Assembly: GCF_004010195.1 (NCBI RefSeq)
Contig: NC_057742.1
Span: 3,235,084-3,299,083 of the forward strand
DNA from: Chiloscyllium plagiosum
Lineage: Eukaryota
DNA: 64,000 nt
Direction of reading: 5' to 3'
Under the pieces are notes generated by a model, which saw only the letters and a program-made list of their open reading frames with translations, was not told where the DNA came from and did not search any database. Positions 12,166 through 24,067 of the stretch are shown here, piece by piece. The translations under genes were made by a program, and so were the position numbers. The first letter of the stretch is position 1, and each line of letters opens with the position of its first letter.

Positions 12166-13251
12166 GGAATGAGGTAGCTGAGCACAAGGGTTGTAATTTG
12201 AACGAAATTGAGCATGTTGGAAGAGCTGCTAAACGGGCTGGGAAAACTACACTGATAAAACTCAGTGAAACAATTACATGATAACATAACCACCTAAGGT
12301 AGAATTACTCCAATCGCCTTGCTTAGTGACATGGAAAATGCCCCTTTTTTAAAAACAAAATCGTATCGTCGGTTTTTCTAGAGAAACTGTAATCTCAGCT
12401 AGTAATTGCTGAGGAAATTTTTTGTGGATGCATTTTTAAGACATATTTTTGGGCAGATCCACTCCAACATTGCTCACATTGATATTAACAGGTACCTGAT
12501 TCTGAGGCTTAAAGTCAGTTGAAACTTCAAATATTTTCCGAATTATCATTTCTTTCGGGAAACATTTGACTGTTTAACAGTTTTTGAACTAAGAAACAAC
12601 CAGCTTTGATCTCTTAATAATTAAACAAACGAAAAAACCATAAAATTAAAATAATGAGATTAGTATTTATATGTTGACATTTAACTCGCACCTGCTACAT
12701 TTTTCATTCAATTTCTTCCAATCTGCATTTCCTTTCTAACCCTATCATGTATATTTTTAATGGATGACCCTGTTACAGTATTCGTAGTGCAATCAAAGAA
12801 GTACCACAGATTTCATAAAACGCATCAAACTGCAGAATAACGGTGTGTTTTTTTTCCTCTCAATTTCCGATATATACAAACAGTTCCGTTTAAAATCACA
12901 TTTCTTAAATACAAAATAAACTGAGATCTACATCTATGCATAGACGTCAAGGCTGTGTGACTCCCTATGAAGTTAACAATGACTTAAGGCGAGCAGTCGA
13001 AATCGCAAGCTAAATATATCTATATAATATACAACCAGCCGGTCAATGTGATGTTACAGTATTGCAATCATAGGTATCAAAATGTGGGATTCTGACGTTG
13101 TAAACATGGGAAAAGTGCAATGTTTTTTTTTGGTCATTTCCCTGAGCTTCTAACAATGTTAACAATAAAAGAAAGGGCAATTAACACCAGTAATGAAAGA
13201 ATTTAAAGTCATATTCTCTTTTTGTTAGTTTCATTATATATGTAGCCCGAA

Positions 13252-13595
13252 TTAAGAGGTCTGGAGGTTTTCTGACGTGGACGACCTGGGCGATGTGGAT
13301 GGAGAGGTAGTGGATGATTTGTCTGAACCGTCTCCGGTCTCTTTTGCAGAGTGAACGGAGAAGTGGGGTGCGAATCCCTCCTTCTCTCGCTTCTTCTGTT
13401 TCATCCTGCGGTTCTGGAACCAGATTTTTACTTGGGTCTCATTCAGCTCGAGCGTGGCAGCTATCTCCACTCTCCTGGCGCGGGTCAGGTACTTGTTAAA
13501 ATGGAATTCTTTCTCCAGTTCAGTTAATTGCTTGGTGGTGAAATTGGTCCGCATTGTATTCGTCTGACCACCTAAACCGTAATCAGCAATTCTGG
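13252..13595 (-). CDS. hoxb1: Homeobox protein Hox-B1, exon 2 (homeodomain)
   Basis: Paralogue-group-1 homeodomain [56 protein letters not shown], with the B1-type ATLEL. Acceptor TTTTTGCAG lies at 13596-13597, phase 1, and the stop TAA at 13252-13254. Confidence 0.96.
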
Positions 13596-14364
13596 CTGCA
13601 AAAACGAAAAAGGAAACAATTAGACCGGCACTACGTGAGCAGCTCCCACCCATCCCCCATTCCTCAGCATTAACCAACAACTTCAGCACTTAGTGTCCCG
13701 GAACTTGATAGAGGGAAGAGATAAAACACAGCGCGAAGCTTTTAGACTGAATTTACTTCATCTCATTAAACGACAAGATTCCAAAAACAGAACACTTAAA
13801 CTTCCAATGAAGCAGTATAACGTGACTGCAAATACTTGCTCACCCTCCCGTTGGTATTTTTCTAAGTATCTTCTTTAATATAAAGTACACTAAACCAAAC
13901 TAAATCTTAAATATTAAAATAGCAACTTGTGCAACAGCTTGTTCACAAGGTTTAATTACAGAGTCAGATCTTAAGGGACATCACACTTAAAGCCGCAGTT
14001 CAGCTTCCTACAAAGATCTGTCTGTCATTTTCAGGTCGGTTTCATAAATTAAGAATCAACCGAACATTTAACTGTTATTTACTCCAGTTGATTCCCGGAA
14101 GGGGGAGTGCCGAGCGAATGGGTGACGGTGAAACTCCACTTGAATACTGTAGGTCTTAATTAGCAAAGTTCAAACAGAGGGCAAAAGTATTTTTCATTAC
14201 TTTGGACGTTTGTTGGGAAACAAACGGATGTTAACGTCACCATACTTTTGCCATTTGAAGAAATTAAATTGCAAAAAAAGTAGCAAGCAAATGAATTGGA
14301 TTTTAGCCAGTTCTTTGACTCACTGCACAGGTAAGGAATGGATTAGAGCATTTCTCATACTAAC

Positions 14365-14956
14365 CTGTTTTAGGAGGATTTCTTTTCACTTTCATCCAGT
14401 CAAACGTCTGGCCCGAAGAGGATGAATCAGAGGTGCCGGGAGGTTCCTTCTCCACCTCTTGAGATGGAGACAGATTAGCACAAATCCCATACGGCAAACC
14501 CTGTTGCTCTTGGCCGTAGGAATGCTGATACTGACCCGGCCCTGAGACACCACAATAACCGTCTGAAAGCGGATTGACATTGGACGCTATATTGGCAGTG
14601 TACCCCGAGCTTTGAAAGTATGCCCCATCCGTTTCTTGATTGAAAAAGTAATGGTGATTGTAACCCGGGTTGCAAGTTTGGGTCGTGTAGTTGTTGGGGC
14701 CTGAACTGGCGTATGGGTTCCCCAAACTGGAATGATGCGAGGAACTGGCTGACTGGTGCTGATGCTGGAATGCATTGTGTGCGTTTCCTCCTACTAAGAA
14801 TCGTCCATCACCATTGCAATTGTCAACGTTACCTGCACAAGGAGCGAAAGCTGTTATCCCTTGTTCTGAATGGTGGTAACCCTTGGATGAGTAGGCGCTC
14901 GTCCCACGATTACAAATTGCGTACTCTAAGAAGGAGTTCATCCTGGTATTGTCCAT
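14365..14956 (-). CDS. hoxb1: Homeobox protein Hox-B1, exon 1 (spliced product 311 aa)
   Basis: N-terminus MDNTRMNSFLEY and hexapeptide TFDWMKVKRNPPKT. Donor CAG|GTTAGT. 592 nt + 344 nt joins in frame. Confidence 0.95.
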
Positions 14957-15081
14957 CTGCCAGTGATGGACGGTCAACCTGTTCGGGATTCTCCCTGCCC
15001 CTGAAACCCCAAGCACTATGTCACCCAGTAAACTTCCTCCATGGCTTGCTGGCAATCAAACGATATCACTCAAGGGGACGT

Positions 15082-15104
15082 TCACGTGACCCCGAGTCGC
15101 CAAT
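15082..15104. promoter_or_regulatory. hoxb1 proximal promoter E-box (USF-type) plus CCAAT box
   Basis: TCACGTGA at 15082-15089 and CCAAT at 15100-15104. Confidence 0.65.
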
Positions 15105-15139
15105 GGCAAGGGGCCTCCTGATGTTAGTGAACTGCATGA

Positions 15140-15240
15140 GGTGATCCATCACCGCGGTGACATTTACATCACAAAAGCCTTCAATCAAAGTTACCACATC
15201 AATCTGATAGCAACACTTAAACGTCAAATCGGTCTTCAAA
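15140..15240 (-). promoter_or_regulatory. hoxb1 rhombomere-4 autoregulatory element (b1-ARE)
   Basis: Minus-strand order is AGATTGAT (R1, 15205-15198), TGATTGAAGG (R2, 15187-15178), CTTTTGTG+ATGTAAAT (Sox/Oct, 15177-15162), TGATGGAT (R3, 15151-15144). This is the same order as the mouse b1-ARE. Confidence 0.9.
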
Positions 15241-17004
15241 AAAAAAGTCGTGGGGGCAGGGGTAGTGGTGGGGAGAGTGGGGAGAAAGTTAGAATTATTC
15301 AAGATTGGCTTTAAAGTGTTAAAAAAGATTTGGTCAAAGCAAGAACAACAGCTGCTTACAAACCTGGGCATATTATCTTACTGAAGCACAGCAGAACTCA
15401 AGTAGGTAACTTAATATCAATTTTAATGTTCATTTGAATAATATTGCATTGCAAGGATAAAAAGAGTTGCGTTATAGTCAATTTGAATAATCTGTTTTTT
15501 ATAGAATAAGTCGTATGAAGGCTGGTTAGTATTTCACGTAACTAAGTCTTGAAATACTAGAGTAGATGGAAATGAATCAAACATCAAAGTATGAACACTG
15601 AAAAAATATGTGGAGGAATGGTTATAAAATAAAGTATCCGTTTGAAATGAATTGCAATGATCTTTTGGCGATTGCTGCAGTGGATTAAACGCTTTGAGAT
15701 GTCCATATGATTTTTGGAAATGTAATGTTCCTCATGGGATGTTTGATAAAAGGTCTCGTAACAAATGTAATATAGATGAGTATTACCCTGTTAGAATTGC
15801 ATGTTGCTTAATTACAGTTTTTTATATCCCAATTTTGTAATTCGCTGGGATCTGCTGTGGAGTCATAAAACCATGGGTTAAATTTAGAAGTGGATTGTAA
15901 TAAACCATAACCATGCTGTCATTTCTGTTCCTTCAGTGAAACTGCACAGGGAATGCAATGAAATACGAAACATTAAAAATATGATGTCAATCCGATAGAA
16001 TATTTCCCATAATTTGAGAGTTCAGCCTGGTTATACCATTAAAACAAAGATAATATATATTTAAGAGGTCTATTTCAATGGTTTGAAAATGGTTGTCTTG
16101 CGAAACTCATGCATCCCGTTAATTCATCAACACTGTAATAGTTTCAAGAAAGTCAGTCAAGTTGATTATATGATTTCGATTGTTAACATTAAAATACCAC
16201 GAAATATTTATCTTATAGAATTTGAGACTGACCAAAGTTTATGGGTACCTGTAATAGATGCACAGCTGACAACACTAGCGGAGAAATCAGTCATCTAGTT
16301 TCTCAGCGGGTGCCGTACATTACTTTCCAACACTGAGACTGAAGTTTTGACGACTCTACACGAGGAAGCAGAGGGGGAGGGGTGTGATTCCATGGATCAT
16401 AAATATTTCCTCGTTTAAAGTTTTGAAATGCATCTTACCTAAGTCAGCAAACTCAAGTTAACTAGAAGTGGCAGAAAAGCCTGACAAAGTGAATGGTGAT
16501 TATTCATATTTTGGCGGAATTGAAGGCATCTCAAACAATGTCCTTCACAGTTGAGTTTCGTTAGCTGTCAAGATATGTACTATTATCTCAACATTTAAGC
16601 ACGTTTAATATGTTTGACATAATAAGATGCTTTTCCCTTTATATTCTGGGTTATCACATATATACACACAGTTTAGTGGTGATTAGCTAAAAGCCCGGGG
16701 CCTACAATTATACTAATTTACTCAGTTAACAGAAAAAGATTAATTGTACAGTATGTGATGTGTCACTGTTGCACCTAGACATTCGAGCTGTTCGTCGTCC
16801 GCCATCTGCTAGGTTCATGGAGAGCTTATATTTTCTACATAATGATACCTTATCACTGTCACTGAATTCAAGAAACATTATTTTTGCCTTCACTCATTCA
16901 GTCGGTGGATCCATATGTCAAATGCAGCTTTGGCAGCGAGCAATTTAAATGTTTGATGTCAGCTCCATTTTGCTGCTGCTTATTATTGCATTCTTCCCTT
17001 CAGG

Positions 17005-17210
17005 GATGGATGGGGTGGAAAGAGAGAAAGAAATAAGGATAAAGATGGATAAGTTGAAATACAAAGGGAGGATAACAGGAAAAAGAAAGGCAAAGAGATA
17101 GTAATCGAGAAGTGCAGGCGAATAAGCAAGTAACTGATAAAGACAAAGGTGTCCAGAAAAATGTGAAACAGAGGGAACAGTTGAAAAATACAAGAGAAAA
17201 AGAAAGCACT
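17005..17210 (+). repeat. A/G-rich low-complexity tract
   Basis: Strong purine bias on the plus strand, which explains the overlapping spurious F/L/S-rich ORFs. Confidence 0.55.
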
Positions 17211-20200
17211 GTGGGTGCACGAAGTGAGCCAGGGAGCGAGAAACAAACTTGTTTTTTTAAAAATCACATAACCATCATTGAATTTTCATTAGGCGAGACC
17301 TGCAGACGTCATTCTAGCTAACAGAAATCCTCAATACTAAATGATGATCTACAAAAAAACCCACGAATCTTTGGATTGCAATATAATCTTTAAGTAACGC
17401 CGCAAAGTTTTATTGTAGTAGAGGCCCAAACGTTGCCACTTGCTGCGATTTCACTGGACTAATGATGTACCACGTGGTGACACAAGAGTGTGACCGAGAG
17501 CCATAAATGCTGTTCATCTACCAGCTGCTTTTGCAGGGTGCCAGATGTAGCCAATGTTGGCAAAATAAAGAATTGGACCTCTGGTAAAACTTCTGAGCCA
17601 GTAAACCTGCACAACCTGTGAAGCAGTATCCTTGTTCTATTTTGTTGTATTTCGTGAAAATAGATTTGTAGCTGACTGTGTAACTACGTATAACCTTACG
17701 CCTTGTATGAAAGACATTTAATTAATCACTGGAAAATAACTGTACTGACACGGATTACTTAATAATCTAGCAATTTCCATTTAAGCTCCGTGTAAATGGA
17801 AAGAAGATGGTTGACAGAAATGAATAGTACCTTCAATCCATACTGGATTCCTTTATTGATCAGGATAGTTGGGAAGTGGCCATGATGCATTTGATACCAT
17901 ATAATGCAATATTGGCGACAAGTATTTAACTGAACTGAGCTAAAATACGATCATTTTCACTGACCCATATTCTAATCTTTCATGAAAGGTAAAAATGTGT
18001 AAATGATGTCTGTCGTGCACTGTAAGTAGGTGAGCTTTCTCTGGTCACAAGTGCAACTATCTGTTCAGAACCCGTTTTCACTCATTCAATGCGAACGTAC
18101 TTTACTTTCAATCTAGCAGATACATAAAACCTGGATTTGTTCGGGATTGGAGTTCCTCTTTTTAATGAGAGGTTGCACATTTGATTTGCTAGTATCACAG
18201 AGGATAAATCACATATACCATAATTAGCAAGACTGCAAACTTCTCAGCCAATATTCTGCATTTCAGTTGTAGGTGATTCTCCCAACAGTGAAGCAATTCT
18301 CCATGTCGATCCCTTTCTGATGTCAGCTTCCGTCGACAATATGGTTACACAATTATTTCTCTGTGATTCATCCAATCCCAGTGCCCACCACAGCTGTCGT
18401 GTTGGATTCAACTTGCTGAGGAAAACTGATGCCTGCTTCTTTATCTCCTTTACCTACACCCCTCTTTATGCCTCGAATCTTTATTTCAGATTAATACCAC
18501 CTCTCGATTGAGGCGGGGGGAGGGGGGGGGGGGAATATTTCGAACACATATATTTCTCAAAGATGTAAGAAATGCCTTCCTTGAGAAATAAAACAAAAGT
18601 ATGAAATACTTCATTCTGGTTTTGTAAAGTGTGAATTATATCTCCTCGTCAGGGCATCGACTTGATACTGATACACTAATCCCGTTTTAAGGGGGTACCA
18701 CATGATGTCCAGCTGCCCGACTGAATAAGCAGTAAGAGTGCTTCTAATCACACAGCAGAGTTAAGCATTGTGGTCAGACTCCATCCGAAACTCTTCTTCT
18801 GTACTCTGGTCTTCCCAAGGCTCCAATATGAACCAGATGTGAAGTCTCACTGGGTTAAAATATCAGAAACGTTTTAGTCGGACAACAAAATAGGAGAAGT
18901 TAGTAAACAACAAGATAGCTGATGAATGAATGTGAGATAAAGGAACAAGCAGTTTAGAATTTGAGAGCAAAAGTGCACTGGACTATAAACGAAAGCCAAG
19001 ATCTAGAAAGAGCTCTGCAGTTTTGAGACCTTGGCAATGATTGCGTTAAAAAAAAAACCCGGGAGAAGTGGGTTTGATAACGAGAAATGGGAAAAGCTGC
19101 CCTGCTGAAGTTGATGTATTTTACAAAGTCGGCTGTAATGCGTTATTTTCAGGCAAAAGCTTCGCCCACTTCAGTTGCCATAGCGACATGTGTGCTGGCT
19201 GCAGTTGTCCGTTTTCAAGGGTCTGATGGGATAGCATGTGTGCAGAAATACCCCTACGCTAGGTTAGTACCTCACACTCGGTGTATGGCGGGAAGTGAAG
19301 AAGCTGTGGGCAGAAAAGAAATGGAACATTTCAAAAACGCGAAACCATGCGGTCTGTTGTCGGCTATAATGTTTTAGCCACGGTCACTGGGCAGTTCATT
19401 ATGCACAGACGATAGGAGTCCATCACTCCCAGGCAATGATTTGTAGATTTCTGTATGAACAGGAGAAAAACTCTTTAAAGCACAACTCAGCATATCCCTA
19501 GGCTTTTAAGGGTTTAATTTAGCGACTAGTAATATACAAATCCAATGTCTGGCATTTGTCATTTTGACTTATGTAATCGTTTTATTATTGACATTTACTG
19601 TTTAATTGTTAAATTTATTACAGTATTTGTTTTCTTAAATAATATTTAACTTTTATTTCAACCATCTATTTATTGGCTTCCCAGGTTTGAACCAATCAGA
19701 GTACTTGGAGAAATATGTCTGAAAGATTGATTTTAAATTTATGAAATTGATCAGAAATTGACAAGTAGGAGGAGGAAAAAGGGATACAATATGTGTTTAG
19801 GGAAGGTCGGATTGAGTGGTTAGTTCCCATTTATTAAAGCTGTTGTGTGGGCATAGAATTGATTTGTAATTGTCACTGGCGTGTTCCCTGGACGTGAAGC
19901 AAGTTTTACTGGTCATTATGCTATGTAAAGAGGTGCTCGTTAGAGATTTGTATTGATAACACGTCAAGGTTTGCACATGTAAGTTGACGGAGTTTGTACT
20001 CAATTAAACTGTCATGCATTTATATTGGAATAAAGCAGAGCACCTAACTCTATAGCAAGATTGAATCTTAGAATTTCTTGGAGTCTCCGCCCTTAAACTA
20101 CATTGAATACATAAGCAGAATTGTCCAAGGGAACTGATCTTTCAATGTGGTCTTAGAATTGTTTGATAAATAATGGAATTCTAATTCTCATTCTACTCAT

Positions 20201-20359
20201 ATTTCCATTTGCCCTCCCAATGTATCTGTGTTTGCTCTTTTTCTTCCTCTTCACTCTTTGTATCTCTTTCTCTTTAGTTATCCTGCACGTTCTGATCTCA
20301 AAATTTCCTATTCTTCCAGCTTTTCTAAGACCATTTCAATGTGACTTATTCATAATAAA

Positions 20360-20540
20360 AGTAAATTACTGCGGATGCTGGAATCTGAAACCAAAAGAGA
20401 AAATGCTGGAAAATCTCAGCAGGTCTGGCTCGTTAGAGCTTTGACAAAGGGTCAGTTCGACTCGAAACGTCAGCTCTTTTCTCTCCTTACAGATGCTGTC
20501 AGACCTGCTGAGATTTTCCAGCATTTTCTCTTTTGCTTGC
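20360..20540 (+). mobile_element. Palindromic Penelope-type insertion with a minimal hammerhead ribozyme motif (20435-20477)
   Basis: Perfect 36-bp inverted repeats at 20392-20427 and 20500-20535. Between them is AGAGCT-TTGACAA-A-GGGTC-AGTTC-GACTC-GAAA-C-GTC-AGCTCT. Confidence 0.78.
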
Positions 20541-22907
20541 TTATTCATACTTTGTTTTTTGTTTTCTCTCTGTGGTCTCCTATCTTTTTTTTACCATGCC
20601 TCACCACATGTCATACAGTAAAGGACGAAATTTGTTGTTGTTAAAATAATGTAATATTGTCATGTTTCTTGCCCTCAAACCAGGACATTTTCTCGTGTGG
20701 TTTGTACTTTTCTGTCGAATATTCCATTGCGAACTCAACGAGCAAAACGTGTTGAACTGCAATGCATGCGACAAGTAGCTTTGAATAGGACGCCTGCTTG
20801 TTCCAATAGGGGCTATGCCTAAAAGATGAAGTACAGCGTAATAAACGAATAGATTACCGAAAGGAGCCACAGACAAAGGACGAACGCGGTGGAGAGTTAA
20901 GAAATGACTTGATTTTGTAGGCGTTTAAGGCTTTTTGTAAAGCATTCCGAAACAAAACTTGGGATTTTAAAATGAAATTGAACAAAGAATGGAAAAAAGT
21001 GCAGATAAAAATTGATAGAATAATCATTAGCAGACAGTGAGTGTTTTGCGTTTTGCGCTCTCACGGCGCCATTTTGAGGCTGCAGAAGGCGGACCTTGTC
21101 ATCCTGATACTTGCAACATTTTCTGTGGAGCATTTCCGAGGCCCTACCAAATTCCTGCCTTTCTTGGGAAATACCGTGACTAGGCTAACGCGCAATATGA
21201 TTTATTTTTTATGTCACTCCGATTGATTTCTCAAGATGACCCCCCTCATTCATAAAGCAGCTTGATGTATGAGTTTAAACAAAAAAATTACATCTTGTAA
21301 ATAAACCTCCCTTGGCAGAGCGCAAGGGGCGGGGGGTGGGGGCGAAAAAGTGGAGCACAATTGCGAATAAAGATGAAGTCTTGATCGATGTTGTTAGTTA
21401 TTTTCTGGCCATTTGCACAAAGCCTTTTCCTCTTCACGCTCTTTTTATCGAGCAATGTTTTTCTCATCACAAGCTACTATTTGGCCGCCACCCCTTATAC
21501 TGTCTCAGCTGTTCCTCTGGCTTTCATTTCCATTTTTATTTTAAAGTGTATTTTCTCGTGCTCCAAAGTTTTCGTTTTAATTTCCTCGTCATATTTCCCA
21601 CTCGCCATTAATTGTATCGCGATATTATTAAACATCAGAGAGAATGTGGGAATTGCACCAATTGCATTCAATCCCAGATATATTGGTGCCCCCAAACTCA
21701 GAGACTATCAGTGCCAGTCCCAGTCCAATAAATAGAAAGAGGTAGGCACGGGAAGGATACCCGGCTGAAAGGAACACCCCCTCCCCTCAAAATACTGTCT
21801 GCTTGATGCGAAGGGTGAGCAGCACTGAGGCCATTTTATTCAACATTCGAGAAGCTGATGGGGACAGGACATTAAAAACAGCGCATCAAGGGACCCGATA
21901 GCTGATTTCTTTTAACAGTGGGATTTAAATGCCTCCAGACAGAGCAACGAAGCGAATCCATTTGGACGGATAGAATCGGAATCACTCTAACGCTCCCTCC
22001 CCCCAACACCGACCTCCGTGTTTGTAATAAGCTTTGTATGTCTTGACGTTTTGATGGCCAGTTTTGTCTTCTAAGATATTCCAGTAGAGTTTAAGCTAAA
22101 TTCTAATTGGCTATTCTGCAAAATAAAATCAATTTTAAAATAAGGTGACCACTCTGCCCATCAAGCCTGCAATCGTTCATGCTCCATGTTGGCGATATCT
22201 ACGAAATCCAATTTCCCTCATCAGCTACTTCTTCAAGTAATTTTCTATTGAATTAAGTGGCAACATTAGAAGGTTGAGTGTTTTGTTTTCCTAGAAACTG
22301 GCGGAATCAAGGGCTGGAAACTTCACCCCTCTGAGCTCGATTGGGGAGCTCATGAATAATGGGTGATCACTTTGATTCACGAATGGGTGGGGGCGGGGAC
22401 AGGACGTCAAAAACAGGGAGAAATTGCATTAGCAATCTAAAATGCGATTAGCTTTTAAGACTTCCATTTGGTTTACTCGTTTCACTGAATCATCTTCCAG
22501 CGTAAAACGACCCTTGTATAATATAGTATACAACACACATCAATTTAGAAAAAATGTTGCTTAGAGAGGAATTTCGAAGGATATTAAAACATTTGGTTAT
22601 CCATCCTGTTTGATGCTTAAAGCAATAGGTTGGTACAAAAACTAGATTATATAACACCTGCCATTTTACTACCGCAAATCCGGCGTGGCCAATTCGCGTA
22701 GATACCTTCTCGTAGATATAAATTCGATGATTTATTTCTTTCAAACACACGCGTTTTACGTCTTTTTTTGTCAGCTAACAACAAACATATTCTCTATGCG
22801 CTATTTTTGATCTGATTCTTGATGCAGAAATTTCGAAAGTAATAATATTAACACTAACAGCCACCTTGAAACACAGACAGTAAAGTTTCATTAAAGAATT
22901 AAGTCGT

Positions 22908-22913
22908 TTTATT
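22908..22913 (-). terminator. Candidate hoxb2 polyadenylation signal
   Basis: AATAAA on the minus strand ~440 nt after the stop, with a downstream GU-rich CTGTCTGTGT. Confidence 0.55.
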
Positions 22914-23351
22914 TAAACTATGAAAATAATGTACAATAAATAATTTAAAATTCACTATATCGGAGCTTATAATAAATAGGCTACTTCTAAAACATAAAAT
23001 AAATCAGGTGTTGTTTTGGGACTTATTAGATAAAACAGTTTTGCCATAAATACAATTCCCGTTTAAGTTTTCCTGAGTTAGTGAATAAGGGGAATCTACA
23101 ATTTTTTTTCACGATTTTAACATAGTTTAGCAAAATGAAACTGAATAAAATTGTATTTGTTTAAATACCTGTGCAATAAAGACAGCAATTCTTGTAGACT
23201 CCAGGTCAAGGCTGATGGATAAATTATTTACTGTGAGATAAATTCTATATTTTTCTTTAATATTCCACATTATTGTAATTTAAATAGGAAATACTGAACA
23301 TATTTTTAAACATGGCTGAATTTGTACACGGGCCCTAGAGCTTCAGAATTG

Positions 23352-24067
23352 CTATTGATAATTAAGGTGTTGCAAGTCTATTGTGCAGAGAGCGCTGGTG
23401 AAAAAATCAAAGCTGTCCTCGGGGATATCCACAGGACTGTCGATGGAACCCTGCAAGCTGGGAGATAATCCATCGGAGAACGGCAGATAGGAATCCGAAG
23501 AAAACATGTTTAAATCTGCGAGGGGGACCAATTCGAGGGCCTCTGAACTAAGAGTGTCCAGACCAGAGCTACAAGTCTGGCCTATTGTAAACCCGTTTTC
23601 AGCGCTGGCTGTCACGTAGAAGGGGCTCTTGGCTTTTCCGTCGCTGCCGCATACAGTCAGGCCCTGCAGGTTCTGGAGTTCTTTGCTAAGTGTGTGTTGA
23701 ATTTGTTTTCTTGCTTGCTCGGCGCAGTTTTTACTCTCTAAATAAGTCCCTGATGCTTCTACCGGTTGGGTAAATTGTGATGACTCCTCGCCTTTGTCCT
23801 CTGGAAGCGAACTGATAGAAAAACTAACTTCCCCGTCTTGATTTTCTTTATACTGTGATTGCCTCTTGTGCTTCATGCGTCGGTTCTGGAACCATACTTT
23901 AACTTGCCTCTCGGTTAGGTCGAGGAGGGCCGCGATCTCCACTCTGCGTGGCCTGCACAGATATTTGTTGAAGTGAAATTCTTTTTCTAGTTCCAAAAGC
24001 TGCGTGTTCGTGTACGCTGTCCTCAGTCTCCGGGAGCTGTTGCTGTTTTCCTGTTCACACTGGCCTT
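23352..24067 (-). CDS. hoxb2: Homeobox protein Hox-B2, exon 2 (homeodomain)
   Basis: PG2 homeodomain [59 protein letters not shown] and C-terminus [15 protein letters not shown]. Pyrimidine tract plus TAG acceptor at 24068-24069, phase 1. Confidence 0.95.

Noticed and set aside
14957-15055. 33-aa N-terminal extension of the hoxb1 ORF in the track
   Set aside because: It starts at a TTG called by a prokaryote-style ORF finder. The conserved protein start is MDNTRMNSFLEY at 14956. The same applies to the extensions shown for hoxb3, hoxb4 and the exon-2 ORFs, which run into intron or UTR.
14713-15144. 143-aa plus-strand ORF antisense to hoxb1 exon 1
   Set aside because: A shadow ORF of coding DNA with no recognisable motifs.
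15784-15791. miR-10 8mer match (TACCCTGT) upstream of hoxb1
   Set aside because: It is intergenic and would matter only in a read-through transcript, for which the sequence gives no evidence.
16945-17321. Overlapping hydrophobic ORFs resembling membrane peptides
   Set aside because: Produced by a purine/pyrimidine-biased low-complexity tract.
19381-19398. CGGTCA-N6-AGTTCA direct repeat
   Set aside because: Non-canonical spacing and an imperfect first half-site.
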